A stretch of 64,000 nucleotides of DNA from Octopus sinensis. Taxonomy: Eukaryota. The translations under genes and the position numbers were made by a program. The stretch covers positions 6,262,001 through 6,326,000 of the forward strand of contig NC_043013.1 of the NCBI RefSeq assembly GCF_006345805.1, written 5' to 3'. A model generated the notes under the pieces. That model was not told the DNA's origin. It did no database searches and was given only the letters and a program-made list of their open reading frames with translations. Below, piece after piece: positions 29,536 to 41,687 of the stretch (position 1 is its first letter; each line of letters opens with the position of its first letter).

Positions 29536-29879
29536 GGTTAAACTACGATTCAGCTGACACTATTTCTCTCTCTATTTGAATCTTCCTAACCAGTGTGGGG
29601 CCTATCATCTTTTATCTCTTACATCCCCTCTCTCACAGAGCTTACTCTTCCGCAGTTCTCTTTCACTCTCACACATCCTTCTTTCATATCTAGCTTTTTT
29701 TCCCGTCTCTCTCTCTCTCCTTCGTATTCTTTCTTTCACTTTCCTACTTTCAGTCACACTTTTCTATCGCTCTTGTGACACAGCGATTTTCCCTTCGTTT
29801 TTATCAATCTGTCTGTCTGTCTGTTTCTGTCTCCCTCTCTGTGTCTCCTTCTCTCGCTCTCTCTGTCTGTTTCTATCTC

Positions 29880-30570
29880 CGGAAATATACTTAGAAAATC
29901 CCTGGTATGGAATACATTCATAAACACCAGCTCAAGGAATACTGGAGGAATATTCTCATCAAAGCTTCTGTCAAATGTAAACATAACACCCCGGATATTG
30001 TTGTTTGGGACAGTGGGGCAAAGGTATGTACCATCATAGAGGTCATCTACTCTGCAGATATAAATCAAAGAAAAAGAGGTTATCTATGAATAACTGCTCC
30101 AAAACCTTCAGCTTCTGTATCCAGACTGTGAATTCATATTCATACCAATAATATTTAGAGAACTAGATTTTGTTAGTAAATGCTTAAAGGAGAATCTGGA
30201 TAAACTGGGATTTTCAGAAGAGAAATAGACCGGCTAATTCGTACATTACAAGAGCAATCTGTGAGTGGAGCAGTAAAAATATGCAAGATTTTTCTCAAGT
30301 TCCAAATGTGAATTTGTTTGTGTTAAGTACATCCCAAAGATGGAACCTTGTATCTTGGTTGGAAACCGACTTCCTTCTCAGTGGATGATTTATAAGTAAA
30401 AAGTAGAAGAGACATACAAATACCGAGAAGAAATCTTGCGGGACGTTATTCTAACAGGATACATCTTGTAATCACCTGAGGAAACACACCTACACCGACG
30501 GACAGACCTATTCCCATCCGTGGGGGCTCGATGCTAGATTGGTCGAAACAATTGTTGTGATCAATAAATT
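29880..30570 (+). mobile_element. RLE-type non-LTR retrotransposon 3' fragment plus probable 3' UTR
   Basis: HNTPDIVVWD..KVCTIIEV...IPII...LGF...KICKIFLKFQM*; AATAAA at ~30563. Confidence 0.75.
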
Positions 30571-30661
30571 TTCTTGTATCTTCAAATATATATATATACT
30601 CACATATATATATATGTTTAAATATATGTATATATGTATATATATATATATATGTATATAC

Positions 30662-30704
<43 letters not shown>

Positions 30705-30705
30705 C

Positions 30706-30743
<38 letters not shown>

Positions 30744-30859
30744 GTGCATATTGATAGATGTATGCATATGTATATATCATCATCGTTTAACGTCCGTTTT
30801 CCGCGCTAGCACGGGAATGTGCATATATATATATATTATATATATATATATATATACAA

Positions 30860-31566
30860 ACTAGCATTAAAGACCCGTCGTTGCCGGGTCATAGTGCTAG
30901 TGCATGTATATATGTGTATATATATGTGTACATATCACATGTACATCTATATATACACATCTACACATAAAATGCAAAATACAAAATTATATCTTGATAT
31001 TGCTAGTGATAACAATACTCAAAATATATAACAGACTGGAATTGTTAGCTCCTCTTTTTTCTCTACATTGTATACTTTATAGACAATAGACTTTTCTTTA
31101 ATTTAATTTTTTATCATCCATCTGGACTATTTCATTTCTGCACGCTAATTTTATTTTCAATTTATTCCCATTCATGTGAAACCACTTATTCAAGTTCAAA
31201 TCATTGATGCAATTTTATACCAATTGCTATTTTTACTTATATTATACTTTAGTTTGATTTTAATTATTACTTACTACATATAATTCAATTGTTATTATTA
31301 TTTTTATTGTTAAAGTGAAAGCATCTGACATAAAATAGAGAAATATTTGTTTCACTTTTAATAGGTAATACTGAAATAGTGGAGAAGATATGATATTGCT
31401 ATGGGCTCGCTCTAGGCAATAAGTCGAACATTTTTGCCGATGACACTCCCCGGACCCTAAGTAAGGCATATGTAAAATTTGAATGAAATTGGTTGTGTAG
31501 TTCTCAAGTTTTAGGGAAACAGACAGACAGACAGACACACATTCTCAGTTTTATATATGTAAAGAT
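30860..31566 (+). mobile_element. DINE-1/HINE-like element, copy 2
   Basis: Same termini and body as 21716-22690 but lacking ~300 bp. Confidence 0.75.
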
Positions 31567-31699
31567 AATATAATGAAATGATAGAATATTAAACGTGCAT
31601 TCTGATTGAACTTGTACTTTTATGCATTAAAATATGCAGTCTTCAGGTTCATGTATTATGTTTTACAATTTACATATATAAAAAGCACTCCCTACATTT

Positions 31700-31845
31700 T
31701 CAGAGTAGTTGGTGCTACGAAGGGCATCAAGCTGTAGAAACCTTGCTAGATTAGATTGGAGTCTGGTACAGCCTCCTGGCTTGTCAGTCCCCAGTCAAAC
31801 CGTCCAACCCATGCCAGCATGGAAAGCAAATGTTAAACGATGACA
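31700..31845 (+). mobile_element. RTE-tail element
   Basis: ccaacccatgccagcatggaaag..aaacgatg tail. Confidence 0.75.
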
Positions 31846-31863
31846 TATACAATTGTACTACAG

Positions 31864-31937
31864 ACCTCCCTTTAATGGACTTAGGAAGTAACGGACAAAA
31901 TCCCGGTATATCAACAACATCCCCTCCACCATCTATG
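31864..31937 (+). other. Candidate small exon (tacag|...ATG GAC...MDLGSNGQNPGISTTSPPPSM|gtaagt); an alternative minus-strand reading also fits
   Basis: Acceptor and consensus donor flank 74 nt of non-repetitive sequence; no recognisable homology. Confidence 0.25.
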
Positions 31938-32015
31938 GTAAGTTTGATTTTAAATTTAAAATGTTGAATTTACTGCATTATAGTGTATATTTACAATGTA
32001 CAAGTATTTTACACT

Positions 32016-32175
32016 GTGGAGGCGCAATGGCCCAGTGGTTAGGGCAACAGACTCGCGGTCGTAGGATCATGGTTTCAATTCCCAGACCGGGTGTTGTGAG
32101 TGTTTATCAAGGAAAAACACCTAAAAGCTCCACAAGACTCCAGCAGGAGGTGCTGGCGAACACTGTCTCTCCTGC
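32016..32175 (+). mobile_element. SINE-C copy
   Basis: Same head as 14836. Confidence 0.8.
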
Positions 32176-32214
32176 ATTAGGAATGGTTATGTTTTGTTAA
32201 AACCCTCTTGACTA

Positions 32215-32689
32215 ATCTTCCATTTAGAGCACAGCTTAAGCTATCTTTTCGTGGAAGAAGGTTTATGTTCCTATAACCTGTGTTAATTCTGTAACCCTTT
32301 AAAATGGAAGATAAGAAAGTTCATTTTCGGCACTTGATGCTTTGAGAACCAGACAAAAATTGCTGCAGCTTGGCTGGGATGTGTTGCCCCACCCTCCATA
32401 TTCACCAGATATTGCTCCTTTGGATTTCCACTTATTCAAATCTCTGCAGAATAGTTTTAATGGTAAACATTTCAATTCCTTGGATGGCGTAAAAAGATAC
32501 CTTGATGAATTCTTTGCTATGAAACCACCTCAAATCTAGGAAGAGGGTATTTTCAAGTTAAAGGAAAGATGGAGACGCATTGTGCAACAAAATGGTTCAT
32601 ATTTGGCTGATTAAAAATGTAATGGCAAGTATTTATTGACTTTTTTCTTTACTTTAAAAATCGGCACGAACTTTCTGGACAACCCAATA
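32215..32689 (+). mobile_element. Internally deleted mariner relic (second family)
   Basis: MEDKKVHFRHLML at 32304 joined to RTRQKLLQLGWDVLPHPPYSPDIAP.DFHLF; right TIR-like AAAATCGGCACGAACTTTCTGGACAACCCAATA; left TIR not seen. Confidence 0.85.
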
Positions 32690-33799
32690 AAAGGCAGTGT
32701 TTCAACAGAAATAAAATATCAAAATGGTTAAGATTAACAACAACAAAACTATTTTACTAAATTCTTCAATTTTTTTCAAAATTAATTGAGACATAGTGTA
32801 TTTCAACAGAAAAACAGCAGTTTATTTCTTCTTCCCAAATATATTTCTATTCCAGACAAAGCCTTAATATTCCTTATATTTTTCACTTTCCTTTGTAGAA
32901 TCTCTACCTATTTTATTTTTCCTACCTCTCAGACTCAGCACAAATATTTTCCTTCATTCCAACACAGACCCTAAGCTAATCCACCTTAATCCCCCATTTC
33001 ATGCATTGGGACTTCAGAATGTGCATGCTATCAAAGCAACATCATGCAAGTATTTAAACACACACACACATCTATCTTAACCATTGCATGTGTGTCCGCC
33101 AATGAGAATGGAGCTCTCAGTTTGAGGCATTTCACGCTTCATCATCTTTGTGCTTGCTGCTGCTCCCTTCCTGTAAGACCCCATCAACATACGCTTATGC
33201 GCATTGATATCTATGTATTTATGTGTAAGTATATATATTTGCATATGTATGTATGTGTATATATATACATACATATATATATATATATCTGCACACACAC
33301 ACACAGATGGAGACAATATATATATATGTACAAATACATACATATATCCATATATATATATATGTAAATATACACACATCTATCTATCTATCTATCTATC
33401 TATCTATACACACACACCCACGTATATAGGTATGACAATGTATATCAGTATCACATATCAAAGATATGCTAGGTGAGCATCATCCACCCACCAAAAAAGT
33501 GATAAATTTCCTTTCTGCTAATTCCATTCTTGCATTAAATATCATTATTATAATCTGATCAGAATTTATTTTCAAATCTTATAAAAGACACTTGTAATTG
33601 TGTGTGTGTGCATTTGTGTCCCACCACAGCTTGACAAGCAGCATGGGTGTTTTTACATTCCTAAAACTTAGTGGTTCTGCAAAAAGGGTCTAATAGAATA
33701 AGTAACAGGCTTTAAAATAATGAATAATAATAAATGCATTTGACAAAAATTTTTCATGGCCGCAGTCTATTAACTGAAACAAGTAAACAATATCGCGTA

Positions 33800-34275
33800 C
33801 CTTCCCTTCATTGGACACTGCTTGCGAAGACCTGTTGAGGCAAGTGAAATCGGAATCGAAATCAAATTCGATGACTGGCATCCGTGCTAGTGGAGCACTA
33901 AGAGCAGCATCGAAGCCTGATTGTTGCCAGAGCGGCAAACTGGCGTTCGTGCCGGTGGCACATAAAAAGCACTGTTCGAGCATGATTGTTACCAGCGTCG
34001 TCTTACTAGCACTTGTGCTGGCATGCAGGTGACATGTGAAAAAAAACATGATTTTTCCGTGACCGTTGCTAGTACCGCCTGACTGGCCCTCATGCCGGTG
34101 GCACGTAAAACCACCCACTACACTCTCGGAGTGGTTGGCATTAGGAAGGGCATCCAGCTATAGAAACTCTGCCAAATCAAGATTGGAGCCTGGTGCAGCC
34201 ATCTGGTTCACCAGTCCTCAGTCAAATCGTCCAACCCATGCCAGCATGGAAAGCAGATGTTAAACGATGATGATG
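33800..34275 (+). mobile_element. RTE 3' UTR-derived element with internal ~60-bp repeats
   Basis: gtggcacgtaaaa..cacccactacactc..gatgatgat tail. Confidence 0.8.
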
Positions 34276-34384
34276 ATTATTTATTATATTTAAATTTTTT
34301 CTATGTGATTTAATATAGATAATATCTTTAACTATCAATTGAATTACTTAATAGAGGTTATTTCTCTTAATCATATATATATAC

Positions 34385-34446
<62 letters not shown>

Positions 34447-34489
34447 TATATATATATACTTTACTTAGATAAATAATATGTATATCATC

Positions 34490-34930
34490 ATCTGTTCATG
34501 ATGCTGGCATGGGTTGGACGGCTTGACAGGATTTGGCCAGCCGAGAAGCTGTCCAGACTCCAGTTGTCTGTTCTGGCATGATTTCTACAGCTTGATGCCC
34601 TTTCTAATACCAGCTGCTTTACAGAGTGCGCTGGGTGCTTCCTACATACCACTGGCATTGGTGCATTTACACAGCAGTGGTATGACTGCATTTATGCAGC
34701 ACTGTCACCAGTGTTTTTCATGTTGCACCAGGATGAGTGCATTTTATGCAGCACAGGCACAAGTGCATTTTAAATGGCAATCGCACTTGCAAAGGATATG
34801 CCTGTATGCATGGATGACTGCGATCTTAATACGCTTGACATATCTTTTCAAGTACAGCAAATTGCCACAACTGCTGGTCACCTTGTCATTTCTGAAGTGA
34901 GGCCCTTGTAAACACACATTGGTAACTTCT
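34490..34930 (-). mobile_element. RTE LINE extreme 3' end (ORF tail + UTR)
   Basis: Minus strand resembles ...GLTSEM...AVLEK followed by the family UTR. Confidence 0.6.
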
Positions 34931-34934
34931 TTCA

Positions 34935-35380
34935 ATTTCTTTATTGCCCATAAGGGGCTAAACATAGAGGGGACAAACAAGGACAGACAAAAGGATTAAG
35001 TCAATTACATCGACCCCTATGTGTAACTGGTACTTAATATATTGACCCCAAAAGGATGAAAGGCAAAGTCGACCTCGGCGGAATTTGAATTCAAAACGTA
35101 ACGGCAGACGAAATACCGCTAAGCATTTCGCCTGCCGTGCTAACGTTTCTCATTTCTTTATTGTCCACAAGGGACTAAACAGAAGGGACAAACAAGGACA
35201 GACAAAAGGATTAAATCGATTACATCGACCCCAGTACACAACTGGTACTTAATTTATCGACCCCGAAATGATGAAAGGCAAAGTTGACCTCGGTGGAATT
35301 TGAACTCAAAACGTAATGGCAGACAAAATACCGCTAAGCATTTCGCCTGGTGTGCTAACGTTTCTGCCAGCTCGCCACCT
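34935..35380 (-). mobile_element. SINE-B tandem pair
   Basis: Two copies joined at ~35150; diverged flanking repeat taactt.tttca.tttc. Confidence 0.85.
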
Positions 35381-35689
35381 TAACTTGTTTCAGTTTCTGT
35401 CTTCCAAATCTATGCACAAGGCTTTGATTGGTTATAGCAGAAGATATCTGTCCAAGGTGCCACAGAGTGGAACTGAAGAGAAAACCAGCATCAACGCCAC
35501 ACCACATCATCGTTATATATCTCTCTCATTATGGCATGAACCTCATCACTGTCCACTCATTTTACTCATCCCACTGCTACTATGATATCCTCTGCTCTTC
35601 TAAACTAATTACTAACATACCACATCTTACCTGGCTTACCTGAAACGTCTGGGTTTTGTCACTTGTAAGGTGTTTCCCTAAACCAGACT

Positions 35690-36284
35690 TAACTACCACC
35701 ACTACTATCACTACAAGTCCTACTAATACTAATGTCATAGCAATTCCTACTACAACCACAACTACCACCACCTCTATGACATTATTACAAACACCACTAG
35801 TTACTACTACTACTACCACCACCACCACCACCACCATTACTACTACTACCATCACCACCATTACTACTACTATTCCTACGACTACTACTAGTAGTACCAC
35901 CACCACCATTACTACTACTTTCTTCCACTACAACCACCAACATTACTACTACTACTACTACCACCATTACTACTACTATTACAACTACTTCTTCCACTAC
36001 AATCACCAACATTACTACTACTACTACCACCACCACCACCATTACTACTACTTTCTTTCACTACGACCACCAACATTACTACTACTACAACCATTACAAT
36101 TACCATCACTACTGCAGTAACTATCACTACGACCACAATTACAACTATCACAACTACTACAACTACCATCACCACCACAATCATTACCACAGCCACTACC
36201 ATTATTACTACCACTGCCACCATTTACCACTACATTTGCCATCACCACTACCACTACCACCACCACCACCATTGTCATAATCAC

Positions 36285-36329
<45 letters not shown>

Positions 36330-36330
36330 T
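35690..36330. repeat. Mixed (ACT/ACC/CAT)n low-complexity tract
   Basis: Direct reading. Confidence 0.95.
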
Positions 36331-37220
36331 CATCATCTGTTTTCCATGCTTGCACGGGTTGGACAGTTTGACAGGACCCCAGTGACCAAACAGGGCTGAA
36401 CCAGGCTTCCGGAGCTGGACGATGCCCTTCCTAATGCCAACCACTTCACAGTGTGTACTGGGTTGCTGTATGAACATCTGTGTATCCTTGTGTATCTCCC
36501 CTACCACCACTGCACAACCAGTGTTGGTTCGTTTACATCCCTATAACTTACCAGTTCGGCAAAAGAGACCAATAGAATAAGTGTCAGGTTTAAAAATAAG
36601 AATAAAGGGAGGTGTGTGTGTGTGGTGGGGGAGCTGGGTCAACTTGTTTGACAAAATTCTTCAAGGTGGTGCCTCAGCATGGCCGCAGTCCAATGACTGA
36701 AGCAAGTACAAGATAAAAGATGGACTCACGAATGGCCTTGATCTCCGTCGGTTACGATGGTGAGGGTTCCAGTTGATCTGAGCAATGGATCAGCCTGCTC
36801 GTGAAATTAACAAGCGAGTGGCTGAGTACTCCACAGATATGTGTACTCTTATCATACTTCTCAAGAGAATTCAGGGTGACGTAGAATGTGACAAGGCTGG
36901 CCCCTTGAAATACAGCTGAGTACACTGGCGCAACGCAAGATAAAACGTCTTGCTTAAGGGCACAAGATACCACTGGGAATTGAACTCACGACATTACAAT
37001 TGTGAGCCAAGCACCCAAGCCACTAAGCCACATGCCTTCTCATACTTGAATAAACAAATAAATAAAAACAAGGCATATATGGTTGTTCCTCGTAGATGTT
37101 TTTTTTATATAAATATATAGAGAGCAGCAGCAGCAGCAGCAGTAGCAGCAGTGTGAGGGAGATCACCTGAAAGAGTTGATCAGTCGATCACACCTTCTCA
37201 GTTCTTTTCTGTAGAAACCT

Positions 37221-37364
37221 TTAAGAAATCTTCACTAAAGTCATACCATTCTGATAGTCTTCGTCCTCGTTATCACGACCCGTTAATATTAGCGTCACCA
37301 GAGCTTTTGAGAAGATAGTTTTCATCAGTGTACCAACATGGGAATCTAACGTCTGCAGGCATTT
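37221..37364 (-). CDS. REXO5: REXO5-like terminal coding exon k: KCLQTLDSHVGTLMKTIFSKALVTLILTGRDNEDEDYQNGMTLVKIS*
   Basis: ctctttcgccag acceptor, phase 0, TAA stop; resembles the AL..I..G....NG..F.KI C-terminus of invertebrate Rex1/REXO5-like proteins. Confidence 0.85.
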   Translation of the reverse strand, partial: KCLQTLDSHVGTLMKTIFSKALVTLILTGRDNEDEDYQNGMTLVKIS

Positions 37365-37529
37365 CTGGCGAAAGAGAAAAATAAATGAATAAATAAATAA
37401 AACGATTTCGGGTTTTAAAGAAAAAAAAAGAAAGAAAAAAAGAGGGTGATTCATTCAAATAAATATTCGAGGTAGTGCTCCGGCATGGCCACAATCTGAT
37501 GCCTGAAACAACAAAAGATAAAAGATACC

Positions 37530-38002
37530 TATTTCTTTACTACCCACAAAGGGCTAAACACAGAAGGGACAAACATCATCATCATCATCGTTTAACGTCC
37601 GCTTTCCATGCTAGCATGGGTTGGACGGGTCAACCGGGGATCTGGGAAGCCCGAAGGCTGCACCAGGCTCCAGTCTTATCTGGCAATGTTTCTACAGCTG
37701 GATGTCCTTCCTAACGCCAACCACTCCGTGAGTGTAGTGGGTGCTTTTTACGTGCCACCTGCACAGGTGCCAGACGAGGCTGGCAACGGCCACGGTCAGA
37801 TTGGTGTATTTTATGACCGACAAATGGATTAAGTCGATTACATCGACCCCAGTGCGTAACTGGTACTTATTTAATCGACCCTGAAAGGATGAAAGGCAAA
37901 GTCGACCTCGGCAGAATTTGAACTCAGAACGTAGCGGCAGACGAAATACCGCTAAGCATTTCGGCCGGCATGCTAACGTTTCTGCCAGTTTGCCGCCTTA
38001 TG
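37530..38002 (-). mobile_element. SINE-B interrupted by an RTE-tail element (~37575-37815), 13-bp TSD
   Basis: GATAAAAGATACC at 37517-37529 and 38003-38015. Confidence 0.85.
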
Positions 38003-38270
38003 GATAAAAGATACCATCTCACCAATGGCTGAGTGGTTGTTGAGAAGAAAGGGAGTTAACTAGTTTTTGTAGAAACAACATGACATACCATACCATCACA
38101 CTAATAGTTGGATGGTTAGTGGTAAAAATGGTAATTTACTCCGCAGCAGAAACAAGTGCCACAACAAACAATTGCTATCTCACTACCACGGCACCACCAG
38201 TGTACAGCAAAAGTGGAGATTTACTTCTCACAGTGAAAACACCATATCTCACTGTGTTATCTAAGCACAA

Positions 38271-39180
38271 TACAGGAGTACCCAAGCATTGTACTGGTTT
38301 GGTATGATACTGGAGTACTCAGGTATTGAACCATTTTGTTATGGTACTGGAGTACTCAGGCATTGAACCATTTTGTTATGGTACAGGAGTACTCAGGCAT
38401 TGAACCATTTTGTTATGGTACAGGAGTACTCAGATATTGCACCATTTTGATATGATACTGGAGTACTCAGGCATTGTACCATTTTGTTATGGTACAGGAG
38501 TACTCAGGCATTGTACCATTTTGTTATGGTACAGGAGTACTCAGGCATTGAACCATTTTGATATGATACTGGAGTACTCAGGCATTGAACCATTTTGATA
38601 TGATACTGGAGTACTCAGGCATTGAACCATTTTGATATGATACTGGAGTACTCAGGCATTGAACCATTTTGATATGATACTGGAGTACTCAGGCATTGTA
38701 CCATTTTGGTATGATACTGGAGTACTCAGGTATTGAACCATTTTGTTATGATACTGGAGTACTCAGGTATTGAACCATTTTGTTATGATACTAGAGTACT
38801 CAGGCATTGTACCATTTTGGTATGATACTGGAGTACTCAGGTATTGAACCATTTTGTTATGATACTGGAGTACTCAGGCATTGAACCATTTTGATATGAT
38901 ACTGGAGTACTCAGGCATTGAACCATTTTGATATGATACTGGAGTACTCAGGCATTGAACCATTTTGATATGATACTGGAGTACTCAGGCATTGAACCAT
39001 TTTGATATGATACTGGAGTACTCAGGCATTGTACCATTTTGTTATGGTACAGGAGTACTCAGGCATTGTACCATTTTGTTATGGTACAGGAGTACTCAGG
39101 CATTGAACCATTTTGATATGATACTGGAGTACTCAGGCATTGAACCATTTTGTTATGATACTGGAGTACTCAGGCATTGC
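38271..39180 (+). repeat. 37-bp minisatellite, ~24 copies (GGAGTACTCAGGCATTGAACCATTTTGATATGATACT)
   Basis: 37-nt periodicity of AGTACTCAGG; variants at a few positions. Confidence 0.97.
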
Positions 39181-40129
39181 ACAAATGGAGTAACATGCTG
39201 ATCTATTCATCACAGTGACACACAATAACACCCCCGTATTATTGAAGTCAACTTTAAGTATGACATAGGAGTACTCAAACATTGTACCAGAGTACAGCAA
39301 CAGAGAAGTAGCACACGGGTTTACACCATCACATTAAGACACAATTAGCCCAAGTACCAATCAGACCATGACACTTTGTCCCAGATCGTTTGAACATAGG
39401 CTAAATCAGTGTTCGACTACATACACGAGATCATTACAATTCCTCAATGATGCATTGAAGTTGTCTCCCTTACATGTGGCTCCCCCCCCCCCAAGAAGAC
39501 AGCAGATGATCTGTGAACCTGCAATAAACCAAGGACTAACATCTTCTCAATACCAACACCTACCCACATGTTTCCCCAATACCATCCATGTTTACAGCAT
39601 TTTTCTTTTTTCCTTCATGGTGCACACAAGTCTTCTCCAAGACAGATCTTGACCAGGTGTAGCATCAGATTCCAGTCAACCCAGATGGCAATCAGAACAC
39701 CGTTTAGACCCTCTGAGTTCATGTGCATGTCATGTAGCCTCCATAACACTACATAAACATTTCAGAGGGTGACTGATGATGTCATCTAAATGTCCCTCTT
39801 TGTTGAAACTATAATCTTTAGACCATGAATGCAGCACCCGATCCACTAAACCATGTGTCTTCTCTGTCTGTCTCTCTCTCTCTCACATACACACACACAC
39901 TAATTACTAGACCTGGTATTCCAATATTTCGGGGTTGGGACACCTTTTTCAGGAAATTTAGAAAAGGTGTCAATAGGTGATGTCTCTATCAGCTATCAAC
40001 ACCTTTTCTCTGTAAATTTCCCGAAGAAGGAGCCCTAACTCTGAAATACTGAAATGCCAGGAAATAGCACAAACCATCAACCTGCAGTATTAATCATTTA
40101 TAACTTGCATTGTTTTGACTTTTAAAATA

Positions 40130-40560
40130 CTGATGTTAAGAAGTGCATCCTACTGTAGAAACCATGTCAAATGAGACTGGAGCTTGATGCAGCTCTGTGA
40201 CTCACCGGTTTCGGTCTAACCACCTAACACATGCCAGCATAGAAAGCAAATGCTAAATGTTGATGATGATGATGATGATAGTGCCACCTGACTGACTCCT
40301 GTGCTGGTAACATGTAGAAAGCACCATTCAAGCATGGTCAATGCCAGCACCACCTGACTGGTCCTTGTGCTGGTGGCACGTAAAAAGCACCCACTACATT
40401 CTCGGAGTGGTTGGCATTAAGACGGACATGAAGCTGTAGCAATTTTGCCAGATCGGACTGGAGCCTGGTGCAGCCTCCTGGCTTGCCAGCCCTCAGTCAA
40501 ACCGTCCAACCCATACCAGCATGGAAAGCGAACGTTAAAAGATGATGGCAACAATGATGA
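40130..40560 (+). mobile_element. Two adjacent RTE-tail elements
   Basis: Family tails ending in (GAT)n at ~40270 and ~40560. Confidence 0.7.
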
Positions 40561-40589
40561 TGAAGACATTCCATGCTAGGAATAACATC

Positions 40590-40900
40590 ACAAAAGCAAA
40601 TTTGAAATGAAATAATTTAAGAATGGAGCAGAGTGAATGATGTGATCGTAAAATATCAAAAGCGCAAGTCCCGCTGGGCCAGACATGTCGCATGGCTCAC
40701 AGACAAGAGGTGGGCCCTTGCAACTGCCAAGTGGTATCCAAGAGATCTGGGAAGGCCCCTTGGAAAGCTTCCACAATGATAGAAAGGCAATCTAGTTAAG
40801 CAATTTGGGTCAGGATAGAAAAGAATGGCGCAATCAAGACAGAAATGGAAGAACATTGCGACCAGTCATGCGTAACATCATATGATGGTCAGTCTAAGGG
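40590..40900 (+). mobile_element. RTE-clade LINE C-terminal fragment
   Basis: KRKSRWARHVAWLTDKRWALATAKWYPRD.GRP matches the RTE ORF end. Confidence 0.75.
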
Positions 40901-41094
40901 GACAGGAGAAGACAATTGCCCTAAGTGTCATGCAGTGAGACTGAACTCAGAACTTTGTGGTTGCGAAGCAAGCTTCTCACCACACAGTCACACCTGCACC
41001 CAGGTATGTCTATTGATTCTGGGCAAATGTTCTGGACATTTTGTTCTCACATCTATTCTCAGCTGTAATTAATTAATTAATCAATTAATAATAA

Positions 41095-41345
41095 TCATCA
41101 TCATCATCATCGTTTAACATCTGCTTTCCATGCTAGCATGGGTTGGACAGTTCAACTGGGGTCTGGGAAGCCCGAAGGCTGTACCAGACCAGTCAGATCT
41201 GGCAGTGTTTCTACAGCTGGATACCCTTCCTAACGCCAACCACTCCGAGAGTGTAGTGGGTGATTTTATGTGCCACCGACACAGGTGCCAGGCGAGGCTG
41301 GCGAACGGCCACGCTCGGATGGTGTTTTTTATGTGCCACCGACAC
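41095..41345 (-). mobile_element. RTE-tail element
   Basis: (CAT)n + cgtttaac..ccatgctagcatggg block. Confidence 0.8.
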
Positions 41346-41490
41346 AGGTGAATAATAATAACAGAGAGAAAGAGGATGAGGATGAGAGGGAGGAGGATTG
41401 CATGGATAAGGAAAGGGAGGAGAAGAAAGAGAGAGACGAGGAGGAGGAGGAGGAGGGATAATGGCAGAGCAGTAGATGTGTTTTGCTTAC

Positions 41491-41687
41491 CTGAATGTCT
41501 GCCTCTTTGCTGTCTGTGTTGGTTTGGAGAAGATTGTGGAAGGAATTCAACTGGAGCCACATGAAGTCGTTGTCATAGAGTTTCTTTTGGGCAGTGCTGA
41601 CAATTTCTTCATCAGAACCATGGCTTATCCTTTGACCAGGTTCTCCTGAATACATGTCAATCACAGATCTCGCATCAATCACCAGAG
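41491..41687 (-). CDS. REXO5: REXO5-like exon j: (S)LVIDARSVIDMYSGEPG...SDEEIVSTAQKKLYDNDFMWLQL...ADIQ
   Basis: ctctttcag acceptor, CAG|gtaagc donor; phase 1->0. Confidence 0.88.

Noticed and set aside
35656-36120. Mucin-like Thr-rich ORF
   Set aside because: Derived from (ACT/ACC)n, open in several frames on both strands, with no splice or homology support.
38271-39180. 37-bp periodic array as a CRISPR locus
   Set aside because: Units are head-to-tail with no unique spacers, there are no cas genes, and the context is a eukaryotic intron.
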